Assembly (NCBI GenBank): GCA_902594515.1
Contig: CACJML010000002.1
Coordinates: 128,911-192,910, forward strand
Origin: an uncultured SAR86 cluster bacterium
Lineage (GTDB): Bacteria > Pseudomonadota > Gammaproteobacteria > Magnimaribacterales > D2472
Direction of reading: 5' to 3'
Length of the DNA stretch: 64,000 nt
Shown: positions 9,368-20,329 of the stretch, one piece after another
Position numbering within the stretch: position 1 is the stretch's first letter
Layout of the letters: every line of letters begins with the position of its first letter
Program-made: the position numbers and the translations under genes
Notes under the pieces: generated by a model
What the model was told of the DNA's origin: nothing
What the model saw: only the letters and a program-made list of their open reading frames with translations
Databases searched by the model: none

Positions 9368-10972
9368 TCAGTCTCTTTGAAGGTACACGAATTTAGGATG
9401 ATGAACATCAAGGATGTTTGGATGCCATCCTCTTACATCTTGACTTAATTGATATTGTCTAACGTATGTATAAATCGGAATTATCGGCATCTCATCAATT
9501 AAAAGCCTCTCAGCTTCCATAAAAACTTTATAGCGCTCCTCTTGATTATTGATAGAATTTGCAAGCTCTATCAATTGATCATATTCTGTATTTTCCCAGC
9601 CTGTTTTATTGTTCCCTCGGTTTGGTCGCAAAGTATCAAGAAAAGTATTAGGATCCTCATAATCTCCTATCCAGCCTGCTCTAGAGACCTGAAAATCTCC
9701 AACCATTTCTCTTGCAAGATAGACCTTCCAGTCCTGATTCACAAGTTCAACATCAATACCAAGGTTTTGTTGCCACATTTGTTGAATTGCTAATGCAATT
9801 TTTCTATGTCCCTCTTGGGTATTAAATAAAATCTCTAACTTCGGAAAGCCTTCTCCATTTGGGTAACCAGCCGCAGCAAGTAAAGTGTTTGCAAGAACTG
9901 GATCAAATGGAACTTCAGTATCGGGATAGTAGTTTGCTGAACCTGGTGGAGTAAAAGAATAAGCTGGCTTTTGACCGCACTTTGAGACTTTTTCTACAAT
10001 CTGAGTTCTGTTAATTGCGTATGCCAAGGCTTTCCTGACATTAACGTCTTTGAGAACTTCATTAGTGGTATTAATTCTATAAAAGTAGGTTCCCATATAG
10101 GGATCAATGCGTAAGTTCGGATTATTCTCCTCAAGATAAACAGGACATTTTTCTAGTGGCACTACATTTGTTACATGAAGTTGTCCAGCTCTAAACATTC
10201 TGTCTTCGGTTGATTCATTAGAAACAGGATAAAAATGTATTTCGTTTAACCTTACCTTGCTTGCGTCCCAGTAAGTAGAACTCTTTTCAACAACAATTTT
10301 TTTGTTAAGCTCCCAGGTTTTTAGATTAAACGGTCCGTTGCAAACAAAATTTCCAGGCCTAGTCCACTCACCATTCCTGTCATCGATTGAGCCATATGCA
10401 AGGACAGTATCCTTATGCACCGGATAAGTAGAATAATGTGATAAAAGTTTAATAAAAAACGCTGTCGGCGAGTGAAGCTCTACTTCTAAAGTCTTATTCG
10501 AAATAGCTTTGACTCCTACTTGGTCAAAATCGGTTATTACTCCCTGATGAAACTCCTTAGCATTTTTAACATAATAAAGCATATCAGGATATTGAGATCC
10601 TAAAGATGCTGTTAAGATTCTTTGCCATGACCAAACAAAGTCTTCTGCAGTAACAGGCTCTCCATTTGACCAACTTGCATCTTCATGAATATTAAAGATA
10701 TAAGTTTTACCGTCTTGAGAAATTTCCCATGATTTTGCAACCCCAGGTAAATTAGGTCCGCCTTTAGGATTATTGATTGTTAATCCTTCACAAAGAGCAG
10801 TCAATAAATGATTTTCAGGAACGCCCGTAACGATATGTGGATCAATTCCTTGTGGTTCAGTGCCATTACCAAAATGAAACACTTGATCACGAAGGCCTGC
10901 ATCAACTGGTGATTCATTATTTGAACAACTTGCAAGGAGCAGTAATAAGACAAATGTATATTGAATTTTCAC
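9368..10972 (-). CDS. oppA: Oligopeptide ABC transporter substrate-binding lipoprotein (family 5)
   Basis: Lipobox 'LLASC', 'EPQGIDP', family-5 signature 'PGVAKSWEISQDGKTYIFNI', 'GWIGDY'; GTG start. Confidence 0.9.
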   Translation of the reverse strand: MKIQYTFVLLLLLASCSNNESPVDAGLRDQVFHFGNGTEPQGIDPHIVTGVPENHLLTALCEGLTINNPKGGPNLPGVAKSWEISQDGKTYIFNIHEDASWSNGEPVTAEDFVWSWQRILTASLGSQYPDMLYYVKNAKEFHQGVITDFDQVGVKAISNKTLEVELHSPTAFFIKLLSHYSTYPVHKDTVLAYGSIDDRNGEWTRPGNFVCNGPFNLKTWELNKKIVVEKSSTYWDASKVRLNEIHFYPVSNESTEDRMFRAGQLHVTNVVPLEKCPVYLEENNPNLRIDPYMGTYFYRINTTNEVLKDVNVRKALAYAINRTQIVEKVSKCGQKPAYSFTPPGSANYYPDTEVPFDPVLANTLLAAAGYPNGEGFPKLEILFNTQEGHRKIALAIQQMWQQNLGIDVELVNQDWKVYLAREMVGDFQVSRAGWIGDYEDPNTFLDTLRPNRGNNKTGWENTEYDQLIELANSINNQEERYKVFMEAERLLIDEMPIIPIYTYVRQYQLSQDVRGWHPNILDVHHPKFVYLQRD

Positions 10973-11027
10973 ATGCGTATTATATGAAAAAGCATCAAAA
11001 AAAACTGCCTTAACGTGCTCTATATAT

Positions 11028-11055
11028 AAAAAAAAAGGGGCTAAAAAGCCCCTTT
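11028..11055 (-). terminator. Rho-independent terminator after TonB receptor 1
   Basis: Minus strand: AAAGGGGCT-TTTT-AGCCCCTTT followed by a U-run (A9 on + strand at 11028-11036). Confidence 0.88.
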
Positions 11056-11074
11056 ATAGGTTTTTAAACCAAGA

Positions 11075-14071
11075 TTACAACTCAAATGTGGCATTTACAA
11101 AGATGTAAGTACCAAGTGCATCAAAGTATCCAGGGAAAGTATTACCATTACCCGGAGCAGTACCAGCACTTGATGTATAGACAGGGTCCTCATCAAGAAT
11201 GTTACTAGCACCGACACTAAATCTTAAATTATCATTAAATTGATAATTAACTGTGAAATCAAGATAGGTTTTATCCTCAATATCAATATCTACGGTATTG
11301 AGATCTTCTGTTTCACCTAAGAATCTAAGACCAAGTATGTAATCAAAGTCACCTCTTGAAAGAGATGCAGTATAGTTTCCTGCAAACTCAGGAGTAGGAT
11401 TCTTACCACAAGATTTACCATAATAACCAGCACATTCTAATTCCTCAGCGCCAGGTATAGCGATAAACGTATCTGAATCGGTAATTGTTGAAATACCTTT
11501 AAGGTCTACAACACCAATTGGAGTTTCAAGTGGGTAGGTAAAGATAATATCGTAACCGGTTAAACCAGACTCAGAAACATTAGTGTTTGTAGTAATGATC
11601 TTACCCGGTGATACCCATAGAGTACCAGCAATTGGATCTCTTTCAATTAGATTACAAAAGGTTGGATTTCCAGTCTCTAAACACTGTATTAATGATGTAG
11701 AAGCAGGAATGGTTCCAATACCATCTGTGATCTCAATATCAAAGTAATCCAACGTTACTGATAATCCAGGAACTGATTCAGGAGTCCAAACTACTCCTAA
11801 TGTAACAGATTCAGATTCTTCAGGAACAAGGTTAGGATTACCACCAGTTAAAATATTGTACTGATCAGCTGGTGATTTAAGGTCTGAACCATAGTCAGCA
11901 GCAGATAAGCCTGTTCTGGCGCATTGTTCTTGTGTATAAGTTGGAGGAGTTCCAGCTTCAGGATCCGTACCACATGGGTCTGGATCTAAGTCGGTTAGAC
12001 TTTCACCTTGACCTCTGTACAATTCAGAGATTCCACCGTGACGTGTAGCTGTTTGATAAGTACCTCTTACAGATACTTGGTCATTAATCTGCCAATAACC
12101 ACCAAACTTAAAGGCATCTGTGTCATTATCGGTAGAATAATCTGCAAACCTAGCACCAACTTCAAGGTTGAAGTTATCAGTTACAGGTATACCTAGTTCG
12201 AGGAAGTACTCTTTAACATCATATCCACCGGCAAGTGCAACGATAGGACCACCAGCACCCGTTCTATCAGCCGCCTGTGCAGATGCATCTGGACGATAAT
12301 CTGATTCTAGCTCTCTTGACTCATAACCAAACACTGCGCTTACTGGAGCAGGAGCACCAGGAACAGTCACTCCTGTTTCACCTTCTACATAAGCTTGAAT
12401 GATTGTTTCGCTAGAGTCACCTAATATAAAGTTAGGGATAGCCATGTATGTCTGAATTTCTGGATTAGCATCCCAAATAGCTTGAATACCTCCATCTCCA
12501 GGTAGACCACCGGAGAAAAGGTTGTATGGAATACAATCCGGATCTGATCCATCAACAACTGACACACAAGTTGGCACGCCAGCAATACTCACAACATTAG
12601 TTGCTCTTAGTAGTTTAGTGATAGAAAGGTCATTCTGAATTTCTTCATTGAAATCAACTTCGGATGTTTGATATGAAATATCGTATCTCCAATCATCATT
12701 AAGATCACCTCTTAAACCAATTGAGTAGGTCATATTTTGATACTTGGTAGCATATTTTCTAGGTCCACCCTCGACATTTCTCTTTAAACTTCTAACTGGA
12801 GCCATATAATCAATAATTGTTCCAGCAGCTACTTGGCTATTTAAGTCATTTATGTAAGCCAATGCAGCAGCATTAGTTGCAAAATCAGGAGCATGATCAC
12901 CACCCATTCCGGTCCAGTTACCACATATAGCTTGATACTGTTGAGCTGAAAGATTTGCGTTATAACAAGGCAGTGCTCTTAGATCTCCAAACGTTCCAGA
13001 ATAAGCTATTTGTGATGGAGACTCGTTTTGCATGAATCTTACATTTGCATAGAATTCATCATCATCTGTTAGGCTGTATTTCGCGAAGAATCCAGCATTA
13101 ACTTTATCTTGTGGTCTTTGATAATGATTGGTTGGATTATAGTTATAAAGCGTTCCTGCTCTATCAGCAAACTCATCGCCTACAGTTTTATAATCAAATT
13201 TATAATCAGATACTGAAGTATCTATGGGAGTAAAGCCAGCCTTCGAATATCCAAAATCATATAACCTTCCTGCAGGTATCGTACTAGAACCACCACACCT
13301 AGCGGCACCGCCACTTAAGGCACAAGCCCCACCATCATAGGCTCCTTGAAGTATAGGTTGAGTGTTTATGTGTTCAATGTAACCAGTAATGTGTCCATTT
13401 CCATCGTCAATTGAGCCACCAAATGCTAATGATAATTTAAGAGAATCGCCTTCAGTTACACTTGAAGGAGCTTTTTGGTAGCCATAGGTATCATGAAGAG
13501 CTCTTAGCGCAGAGTTATCATTTTCATGATGATAAAAAGAATTTGTAGCACTTGCTTTAAAGCCTTGAAACTCATCATCAAGAATAAAGTTAACAACACC
13601 AGCTAATGCATCTGAACCGTAAACGGATGTAGCACCACCTGTCAAAACTTCCACTCTTTTGATTAGCAATGCGGGAACCTGACTAATATCAGCACAAACT
13701 CCGCCAGACGAAGTACCAGGAGCCATTCTGTTTCCATTCAATAGAACTAAGGTTCTAGAACAACCAAGATTCCTTAAGTTGGCTGTTGCTGTTCCGTTAG
13801 ATCCATTTGCTGTTTGAGCAATTTGGCCAGGGGCAATTTGAGGAAGATCATTCAATACATCTTCTAATCTGACAGCACCCCTATTGTCTATATCTTCAGC
13901 TGTTACAACTTGGACCTGAGAAGTACTAACAATATTTGGGTTAGTAATCCTTGTACCTGTAACAACCACCTCTTCTACGTTTTCATCGTCAGCTGATTCC
14001 TGTGCGAATGAAAGCGGCACCATTACTAAAGAAGCAATAAGTGCTAATGTAAACTTAGTATTAAAACTCAT
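11075..14071 (-). CDS. TonB-dependent outer membrane receptor (large, 998 aa)
   Basis: Signal peptide, TonB box 'EEVVVTGTRI', plug 'NLRNLGCSRTLVLLNG', 'IKRVEVLTGGATSVYGSDALAGVVNFIL', beta-barrel C-terminus. Confidence 0.95.
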   Translation of the reverse strand: MSFNTKFTLALIASLVMVPLSFAQESADDENVEEVVVTGTRITNPNIVSTSQVQVVTAEDIDNRGAVRLEDVLNDLPQIAPGQIAQTANGSNGTATANLRNLGCSRTLVLLNGNRMAPGTSSGGVCADISQVPALLIKRVEVLTGGATSVYGSDALAGVVNFILDDEFQGFKASATNSFYHHENDNSALRALHDTYGYQKAPSSVTEGDSLKLSLAFGGSIDDGNGHITGYIEHINTQPILQGAYDGGACALSGGAARCGGSSTIPAGRLYDFGYSKAGFTPIDTSVSDYKFDYKTVGDEFADRAGTLYNYNPTNHYQRPQDKVNAGFFAKYSLTDDDEFYANVRFMQNESPSQIAYSGTFGDLRALPCYNANLSAQQYQAICGNWTGMGGDHAPDFATNAAALAYINDLNSQVAAGTIIDYMAPVRSLKRNVEGGPRKYATKYQNMTYSIGLRGDLNDDWRYDISYQTSEVDFNEEIQNDLSITKLLRATNVVSIAGVPTCVSVVDGSDPDCIPYNLFSGGLPGDGGIQAIWDANPEIQTYMAIPNFILGDSSETIIQAYVEGETGVTVPGAPAPVSAVFGYESRELESDYRPDASAQAADRTGAGGPIVALAGGYDVKEYFLELGIPVTDNFNLEVGARFADYSTDNDTDAFKFGGYWQINDQVSVRGTYQTATRHGGISELYRGQGESLTDLDPDPCGTDPEAGTPPTYTQEQCARTGLSAADYGSDLKSPADQYNILTGGNPNLVPEESESVTLGVVWTPESVPGLSVTLDYFDIEITDGIGTIPASTSLIQCLETGNPTFCNLIERDPIAGTLWVSPGKIITTNTNVSESGLTGYDIIFTYPLETPIGVVDLKGISTITDSDTFIAIPGAEELECAGYYGKSCGKNPTPEFAGNYTASLSRGDFDYILGLRFLGETEDLNTVDIDIEDKTYLDFTVNYQFNDNLRFSVGASNILDEDPVYTSSAGTAPGNGNTFPGYFDALGTYIFVNATFEL

Positions 14072-14107
14072 AGTTATATCCCCTTAAATTTAGATTAACT
14101 GAGGTAA

Positions 14108-14135
14108 ATTGTGACGGTTTTGTAACAGAAGTCAA
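14108..14135 (-). promoter_or_regulatory. Sigma70-like promoter of TonB receptor 1 with an overlapping imperfect palindrome
   Basis: Minus strand TTGACT-N16-CACAAT; + strand 14110-14127 reads TGTGAC-N6-GTAACA. Confidence 0.5.
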
Positions 14136-14168
14136 ATTTTTTTTAAAAAGAGGGTTTTTTTGAAACAT

Positions 14169-14198
14169 AAAAAAAGAGGGCTTAAGAGCCCTCTTTTT
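14169..14198. terminator. Rho-independent terminator after TonB receptor 2 (A/T tracts on both sides)
   Basis: AAAAAAA-GAGGGCT-TAAG-AGCCCTC-TTTTT. Confidence 0.9.
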
Positions 14199-14218
14199 AT
14201 CTAAATAACAGTTAGATA

Positions 14219-17200
14219 TTAAAATCTAATCTGGAACTGAGTTGTAATGGTTCTACCAATAAATTGAAGTCTTCTATTAGTATCATATCTGCCTTCCGAT
14301 CCGTCATGATCAAGAGGGTTATTGATTCTAATTGAGAACGTCATATTATCGCCATAATTGTATACAGCACCGATTGTATCGAACCAATAGCTGTCGTACT
14401 CAGTAAATGGCTTACCATCATAACCAATGTATCTGTCAGCTCTAATATCAGTTTGTTGTTTATTAACGTATCCACCGTCAACAAAATCTGCTTGATAAAA
14501 TACTGTTAGATCTTTATAAGCCCAACCAACAGTTAAGTCCCAAGTCCATTCAGGATCAGAAGCATATCCAGTCTTATCAACTAAGTCAGCAGGATCACCT
14601 GAATCTGCAACAAACCTTTGATCTTGTTGTAAACCTCTCCATGAAACAGAAAGATCACCCAAAGAACCTTCATCGCGACCAATGATGGTTGCTAAGTCAT
14701 GTGACCAAGATGCTCTGTAGATGTAGGTAGCAAAATCAATTACACCAGAGTTTCCAGCACCAACTTGGAAATCTGTAACTTGACCAGTTGCATCCCTTTG
14801 GAAATTCAGACAGAAATTATTAGGGAATGATGAAGCGTCATAACAGGCCTCCATAAAGTCTAGTAGACTGAATGTAGTTACATAGTCAGTTAAAAGAATT
14901 TCTATAAAATCAACTGAGAATGTGAAATCACCGTAAGGCTCTAAGAAGTCATACGTTGGGGTGAACATAATTCCATATGAAGTAGTCTCACCATTTTCAT
15001 CTAAGAGATTTGGGTTTCCTCCAGATGTACCTTGAACAGTACCTCCAGCAACAAAACTCCTAAAGTCAGTAACGTCGATTCCATCAGCAATACAGTTTGC
15101 TCTTCTGTTTTCAGGAAAATCACCATCATCAACATATCTTGTATCACAAGGGTCTAAAGCTTGCTGGAAGCTAGGATTTTTAGGTCCATATAGTTGTGAA
15201 ATGTTAGGCGATTTTGTTGTTGTTTGATCAGAATACCTAATAGCAAAGTCATCATTAATTCTCCAATACAGACTTAATGCATCAACATCATAGCTGTTTG
15301 TTCTAAGCGTATTTGTATTGTCAAGATCACGATAACTATAATCAAGTCTCACTTCATCAGCAAATGGAAGATCTGAGACTATTGGCATAGAAAGCTCAAG
15401 ATACTGAGATTCGACTTCAAAGAAACCATTAGTGCTTCGAGTTTGTGAACCTCTAAGCGCAACGGAATACAAAGCCATTTGGCTTGCGTCAAACCTTGCT
15501 TTTTCTTTTCTATTGTCATACCCGATAGCAAACTGCACTGGACCTGCAGGCAGTTCAAAACCTGGAAGTTCACCAGCTACATTCCAATAGAATGATTTTT
15601 GATTAAGTCTGGCACCTTCATTTTCAAAACTTGAGAAATAAGCCTTAGCAGCTTCATTTTCAGGTAGATTGAAACCCATTGGGTTGAAAGGTGAACAGTC
15701 ACCAGGATTTCCTAGACCAACACCACCACCAAGAGTGGAGTAATCAGTGTCTTGAATACCCGTGAAAGCTAAACGATAATCATCAACGTAGTTGAATTTA
15801 CAATCAATCTCGCCTGTTGCAGGATTAATACCGTAATCTAAAGCTGCAAACACCCTTGCTGCAATTTGAATAGGTTCAGTAGAGTTAATTCTTGAATCAC
15901 CCCAGCTTGCACCAATGTCATAGGTAAATTCTTCATCCATGATGTTAAATTTACCTTCAAACCCAGCATTATAAAATTGAGTTTTAGTTTCATTTTCAAA
16001 TCCATCACCTCTGAGCGTTGGAGAAATATCAACCCAAAGTCTTTGCAAATATAGAGTATCGCCTGGACCAAATCCATTAGCGTCTAAAATTGCTGTAGAT
16101 CCTGCAGTTAAGAAAGGATCATCATAATCAATTGGGATACTTCCTGAAGGTGAGTAACAAGTACCTCCAGCATTACAATTATCAGAATCTGCGTATCCAA
16201 ACCAATAGTCAGAATAATGGGCGCTTGAAGAAGATCCATCATCTTCTGCAAAGAAGCCGTTATTATAAAGATCGAAATAAAGTCTGTGATCATCGTTGAT
16301 ATCGTATTTAACAAAAATGCTTACATTCTTTCTTTCAAAACCAGCTCGAAGAATTTTGTTATCTTGAATATTATAGATATCAGATCCTCTGGTGTAGTAG
16401 TACCTTCCATAAGGTACACCAGGATCCATTTGACGCATGTCGCCACCAGCCCCGAAGGTATAAAATAAACCATCCGGTAAGGCTCCACCATAAATACCAA
16501 AATCACCACCAACTTCGTTGTAACCTGTGACGGACAATAAACCCTCAACTGGATTTGAAACAAGTGTTGGACAAATATTTAGGCCATTATCACCAAATGC
16601 TCGTCTGCCTTGCGCATCAGCTAGACCAAGATCGAAACCATTAGAAAGCTCCTGCTCATAAGTGTAACCAACATTTCCGTAAATATCTTGTCCAGAATCT
16701 TGAGGGTTTTCATATAAAAAACCATTGGTACAGTTTCTAATTCTGTCATTCGCTTGATCGTAAAATACTTGCCCACGATCCTCTACCTGTGCATTGATAA
16801 CAATATTACCTCTACCGTCAGCAAAGTTACCACCAATGGTAAAGTTAAAGGATGTATCATCATCCATCCCGGCATAATCGTAAGCGTTAACTGTAAGTTC
16901 AGCACCCTCAAAGTCATCTTTTAAAATGAAGTTGACTACACCAGCGATAGCATCTGCACCATAAACAGCAGCACCACCTACAGGCATGATCTCAACTCTC
17001 TCAATTAGAGCTGAAGGAATATTGTTTAAGTCAACTGCAAGACCAGAACCCGCACCACCAGTTGGTGATTGAGATCCAACAAATCTCCTACTGTTAACAA
17101 GAGTAACAGTTCTACCAGAGCCTAATCCAAAGTTTGAAGCAACTTGTTGCCCGGCACCAAGACCACTTTGGTCTCCAGATAATGAAGCTACAGAACCTAC

Positions 17201-17455
17201 TTCAGGAAGGTCTGTTAGGGCTTGAGCTGCATTAGTATAAGCTCTAGCTCTGTATTCATCTCCGCTGATAATAGTAACCGGTTGTGCAAGTTCAAGTGGA
17301 TTTCTAGCGATCCGTGAACCAGTAGTAATAACCTCTTCTATTACTTCTTCTTCAGCTTCTTCGTTGCTATCTGAGTTGTCTTCTTGCGCAACAACAACAA
17401 AAGAAATTAGAGCAAATAATACAAATAAGGCTTTTAGATCAAGTTTATTAACCAT
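14219..17455 (-). CDS. TonB-dependent outer membrane receptor (large, 1078 aa)
   Basis: Signal peptide, acidic linker, TonB box 'EEVITTGSRI', plug 'GLGSGRTVTLVNSRR', 'IERVEIMPVGGAAVYGADAIAGVVNFIL', C-terminal Phe. Confidence 0.95.
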   Translation of the reverse strand: MVNKLDLKALFVLFALISFVVVAQEDNSDSNEEAEEEVIEEVITTGSRIARNPLELAQPVTIISGDEYRARAYTNAAQALTDLPEVGSVASLSGDQSGLGAGQQVASNFGLGSGRTVTLVNSRRFVGSQSPTGGAGSGLAVDLNNIPSALIERVEIMPVGGAAVYGADAIAGVVNFILKDDFEGAELTVNAYDYAGMDDDTSFNFTIGGNFADGRGNIVINAQVEDRGQVFYDQANDRIRNCTNGFLYENPQDSGQDIYGNVGYTYEQELSNGFDLGLADAQGRRAFGDNGLNICPTLVSNPVEGLLSVTGYNEVGGDFGIYGGALPDGLFYTFGAGGDMRQMDPGVPYGRYYYTRGSDIYNIQDNKILRAGFERKNVSIFVKYDINDDHRLYFDLYNNGFFAEDDGSSSSAHYSDYWFGYADSDNCNAGGTCYSPSGSIPIDYDDPFLTAGSTAILDANGFGPGDTLYLQRLWVDISPTLRGDGFENETKTQFYNAGFEGKFNIMDEEFTYDIGASWGDSRINSTEPIQIAARVFAALDYGINPATGEIDCKFNYVDDYRLAFTGIQDTDYSTLGGGVGLGNPGDCSPFNPMGFNLPENEAAKAYFSSFENEGARLNQKSFYWNVAGELPGFELPAGPVQFAIGYDNRKEKARFDASQMALYSVALRGSQTRSTNGFFEVESQYLELSMPIVSDLPFADEVRLDYSYRDLDNTNTLRTNSYDVDALSLYWRINDDFAIRYSDQTTTKSPNISQLYGPKNPSFQQALDPCDTRYVDDGDFPENRRANCIADGIDVTDFRSFVAGGTVQGTSGGNPNLLDENGETTSYGIMFTPTYDFLEPYGDFTFSVDFIEILLTDYVTTFSLLDFMEACYDASSFPNNFCLNFQRDATGQVTDFQVGAGNSGVIDFATYIYRASWSHDLATIIGRDEGSLGDLSVSWRGLQQDQRFVADSGDPADLVDKTGYASDPEWTWDLTVGWAYKDLTVFYQADFVDGGYVNKQQTDIRADRYIGYDGKPFTEYDSYWFDTIGAVYNYGDNMTFSIRINNPLDHDGSEGRYDTNRRLQFIGRTITTQFQIRF

Positions 17456-17653
17456 AATTGTCCCCTTTAAATGACATTTAAACGCATATATTAGCTTTTT
17501 TTGAATGGCACAGCAACTTTAATGTAACCAAAAATTTTCATCAAATTCACATTAACAAAGGAAAAACTCAATCTTTTTAATAAATAGAGACAAAAGTAAA
17601 GCTATGAGATAATTATGATTTGAAAATCCACGAAAAATATAGGGGTAAACAAA

Positions 17654-18445
17654 ATGTTTTTAAAAGGTAAGAGATTCTTAATAGCTGGGCTCGCAAATAA
17701 ACATTCGATCGCCAATGGGATAGCCTCTGCTATGCATTCTCAAGGGGCAGAGCTTGCTTTTAGTTATCAAAGCGAGAGGTTACATAAGAACGTCTCTAAG
17801 CTTGCAGAAGAATACAATTCGGACCTTCTGGTGGAATGCGATGTGAGCTCAGATAAATCCATAGAACAAATGTATCATGCAATTGCAAAAACCTGGGATA
17901 AGTTTGATGGGTTGATACATTCGATTGGTTTTGCTCCTGGAAATGAGCTTGATGGCAACTACTTAGATGCAGCTACCAGAGAGGGTTTTCAAATTGCACA
18001 TGATATTAGTTCTTATAGTTTTACTGCATTAGCCAAAGGTGCAAAGCCCTACTTAAACGAAAACAGCGCTCTGCTTACATTAAGTTATTTAGGTGCCCAG
18101 CAATCGCTTCCAAATTATAATGTTATGGGTTTGGCTAAAGCTAGTTTAGAAGCAAATGTGAGATTTCTTGCAGCAGCTATGGGTCGTGATCAGATTAGGG
18201 TTAACGGCATTTCTGCAGGACCAATTAAAACTCTAGCAGCATCGGGCGTAAAAAACTTTAGAAAGATGCTTTCCAGTTATGCAGATCGTGCTCCGCTAGG
18301 AAGGACTGTGACAACTGAAGAAGTTGGCAACGTAGCAGCTTTTTTATGTTCTAATCTTGCAAGCGGGATCACTGGTGAAATCTGTTATGTGGACGGTGGT
18401 TTTAATACCGCCGCACTATCTGTTAATGAGTATGAAGATCGCTAG
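17654..18445 (+). CDS. fabI: Enoyl-ACP reductase (NADH)
   Basis: 'GLANKHSIA', '[15 protein letters not shown]', '[14 protein letters not shown]'. Confidence 0.96.
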   Translation: MFLKGKRFLIAGLANKHSIANGIASAMHSQGAELAFSYQSERLHKNVSKLAEEYNSDLLVECDVSSDKSIEQMYHAIAKTWDKFDGLIHSIGFAPGNELDGNYLDAATREGFQIAHDISSYSFTALAKGAKPYLNENSALLTLSYLGAQQSLPNYNVMGLAKASLEANVRFLAAAMGRDQIRVNGISAGPIKTLAASGVKNFRKMLSSYADRAPLGRTVTTEEVGNVAAFLCSNLASGITGEICYVDGGFNTAALSVNEYEDR

Positions 18446-20292
18446 GTTTGAGGTTCCAAATTTCTCAAGTTGACCTTGACATTTTCTTTCAGTTTTTGAT
18501 CAATCAATATCGCATTTTGCTGATTTGCGTATTGTGAAACGATATCTCGATAACCTTCAATCTTTTGAGCAATCTCTTCATCGCTCAAAACGTTTGAGTT
18601 AGACACAAAAACCCAATATTGATTATTATCACTTGCAGTTTGTGTTAATGAATCTCCCGGATTTAATTTAAAAATTGCATCTATGATATCTCTCGGTAAC
18701 AAAGAAGAATATCGAGTTACCTTTTGATAGCTTTCTTTTACAAAGCCCTGAGGCAAATCATCATTATTTTCTTCTTTGAGCCGAGTAAATGCACTCGATT
18801 GCATTTCAGCAATTAATTCATCTGCCTTTTGAGCACGTACTTCGTTAGTTGCTTTTTGACGAGAGTCTTCGTAAGACATCATCTTTGGTGGATAAATTGA
18901 ACTGAGCTCAATAATATAAAAACCATCATCAACTTCAATGACCTCAATGTCACCCTCAATAAACCTTGAATCAAAGAAGGGTTGAGCTTCAGTAATAACG
19001 CTATCACTGAATTCAGATTCCGAAACCTGTTTAGTGTTTTCCGATTTTAGCTTAAGGTTATCAATTACGGAGCTGAAGCTACTTCCTGAAAGGATAAGCT
19101 CCTCTGCATCGATCATTGCTTGATCCATCAGTGATCTAGCTTCTTCACTGATAAACTCTTGCCTTAAGTTCTCTGCAAATGATTTTTTTGATTCGGCTTC
19201 AGATTTTAGGATCTCAGTAACTTTAATAATATGTAATGTTTCACCCAGATCAATTGGTGTTGAAATTTGGTTAATTGAAAGTCCATTTATAGCATCTTCA
19301 AATTCTTGAGGAAAAGCATCACCGCTTGAATAACCAAGATCGCCCCCTACTTCGATTGAGGCCTCATCATCACTGTATTTTTTAACAGCCTCAGAAAAGT
19401 CAAGAGCTCCACTCATAAGATCTTTATAAACATCTTGCGCTTTCCTAACAGCTTCACCATCGGTTTTAGTAAACATAATATGTGAGATTCTGTTTTGGGT
19501 ACCAATCTGAATCTCTTCAAGATATTCCTCATAAGCGCTATCGATGAGTTGGTTATCGATATCTAGATTCTCTGAAAAGCTCTCAAGTGAGTTAAAAGCA
19601 TAATTAAACTCTCTTTTTTCGTCTGAAAGAAATAACAATTGATTAGCATCATAAAATTCTTTTGCTTCTTCGTTGGACGCACTTTGAAGTGAAATTATTT
19701 CATCACGATCAGATTTAATGAATTTAATATCCTTTGTTGCTTCTGCAAAAGCTGTAAAGTCAATTAAATCATTATTTAGAACAAAGTTTGATTGAGAAAT
19801 TGTATTAATAAGATTATCAGCGGAAATAGATGTTAAAACAAACTGTAGATACTCATCTGGGATCATGCCAGCTCCTCTTATAGCTGCCTCAAAAATTGAT
19901 TGATCAAATTTTCCACTTTCATCCAAGAAAGTTTCTTCCCTAATAATGGTTCGTTTAACATCATCTAGGGAAATGTCTAAGTTATTATCAAAAGCTACTG
20001 ATTCAATTATCTTTTGATTAATTATTTGGGACCTTAAAATGTTTAATAGCTCTTGTTCTTCAAGCTGATCAGTTGAAAAGTTTTCACCAAAAATAGATTT
20101 GTATCTCTCTTCAACTCTCACAGTTGCATTATTAACATCCAATTGAGTAACTTCGATTCCATTCACATTTCCATAATTTGAAAAAAGAGTATTAAATGAG
20201 GACACACCAGTAAAAATAAAAGGTAGTGCGCACACTCCCACAATTACATAAAGTGTCTTTCCTGAAAGAAGATTTCTGAATGAATTCAACAT
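18442..20292 (-). CDS. ppiD: Periplasmic chaperone / peptidyl-prolyl isomerase D
   Basis: N-terminal TM anchor, SurA-like domain, parvulin-like '[11 protein letters not shown]...GGDLG'; canonical position after hupB. Confidence 0.85.
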   Translation of the reverse strand: MLNSFRNLLSGKTLYVIVGVCALPFIFTGVSSFNTLFSNYGNVNGIEVTQLDVNNATVRVEERYKSIFGENFSTDQLEEQELLNILRSQIINQKIIESVAFDNNLDISLDDVKRTIIREETFLDESGKFDQSIFEAAIRGAGMIPDEYLQFVLTSISADNLINTISQSNFVLNNDLIDFTAFAEATKDIKFIKSDRDEIISLQSASNEEAKEFYDANQLLFLSDEKREFNYAFNSLESFSENLDIDNQLIDSAYEEYLEEIQIGTQNRISHIMFTKTDGEAVRKAQDVYKDLMSGALDFSEAVKKYSDDEASIEVGGDLGYSSGDAFPQEFEDAINGLSINQISTPIDLGETLHIIKVTEILKSEAESKKSFAENLRQEFISEEARSLMDQAMIDAEELILSGSSFSSVIDNLKLKSENTKQVSESEFSDSVITEAQPFFDSRFIEGDIEVIEVDDGFYIIELSSIYPPKMMSYEDSRQKATNEVRAQKADELIAEMQSSAFTRLKEENNDDLPQGFVKESYQKVTRYSSLLPRDIIDAIFKLNPGDSLTQTASDNNQYWVFVSNSNVLSDEEIAQKIEGYRDIVSQYANQQNAILIDQKLKENVKVNLRNLEPQT

Positions 20293-20329
20293 GCTTAATA
20301 TTAATTATTAAAACCAAAGAGAATCATAC

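Noticed and set aside
12008-16563. Short alternative-frame and antisense ORFs within the TonB receptor genes (12008-12196, 15379-15573, 15838-16077, 16108-16314, 16286-16468, 16321-16563)
   Set aside because: Fully nested in long intact CDSs, with no SD or recognisable motifs; consistent with shadow ORFs from biased codon usage
17601-17625. Partial Fur-box-like sequence (GATAATTATGATT) between TBDR2 and fabI, and TAATGATAAT near 29648
   Set aside because: Half-matches only, in very AT-rich spacers, and better explained as -10 regions
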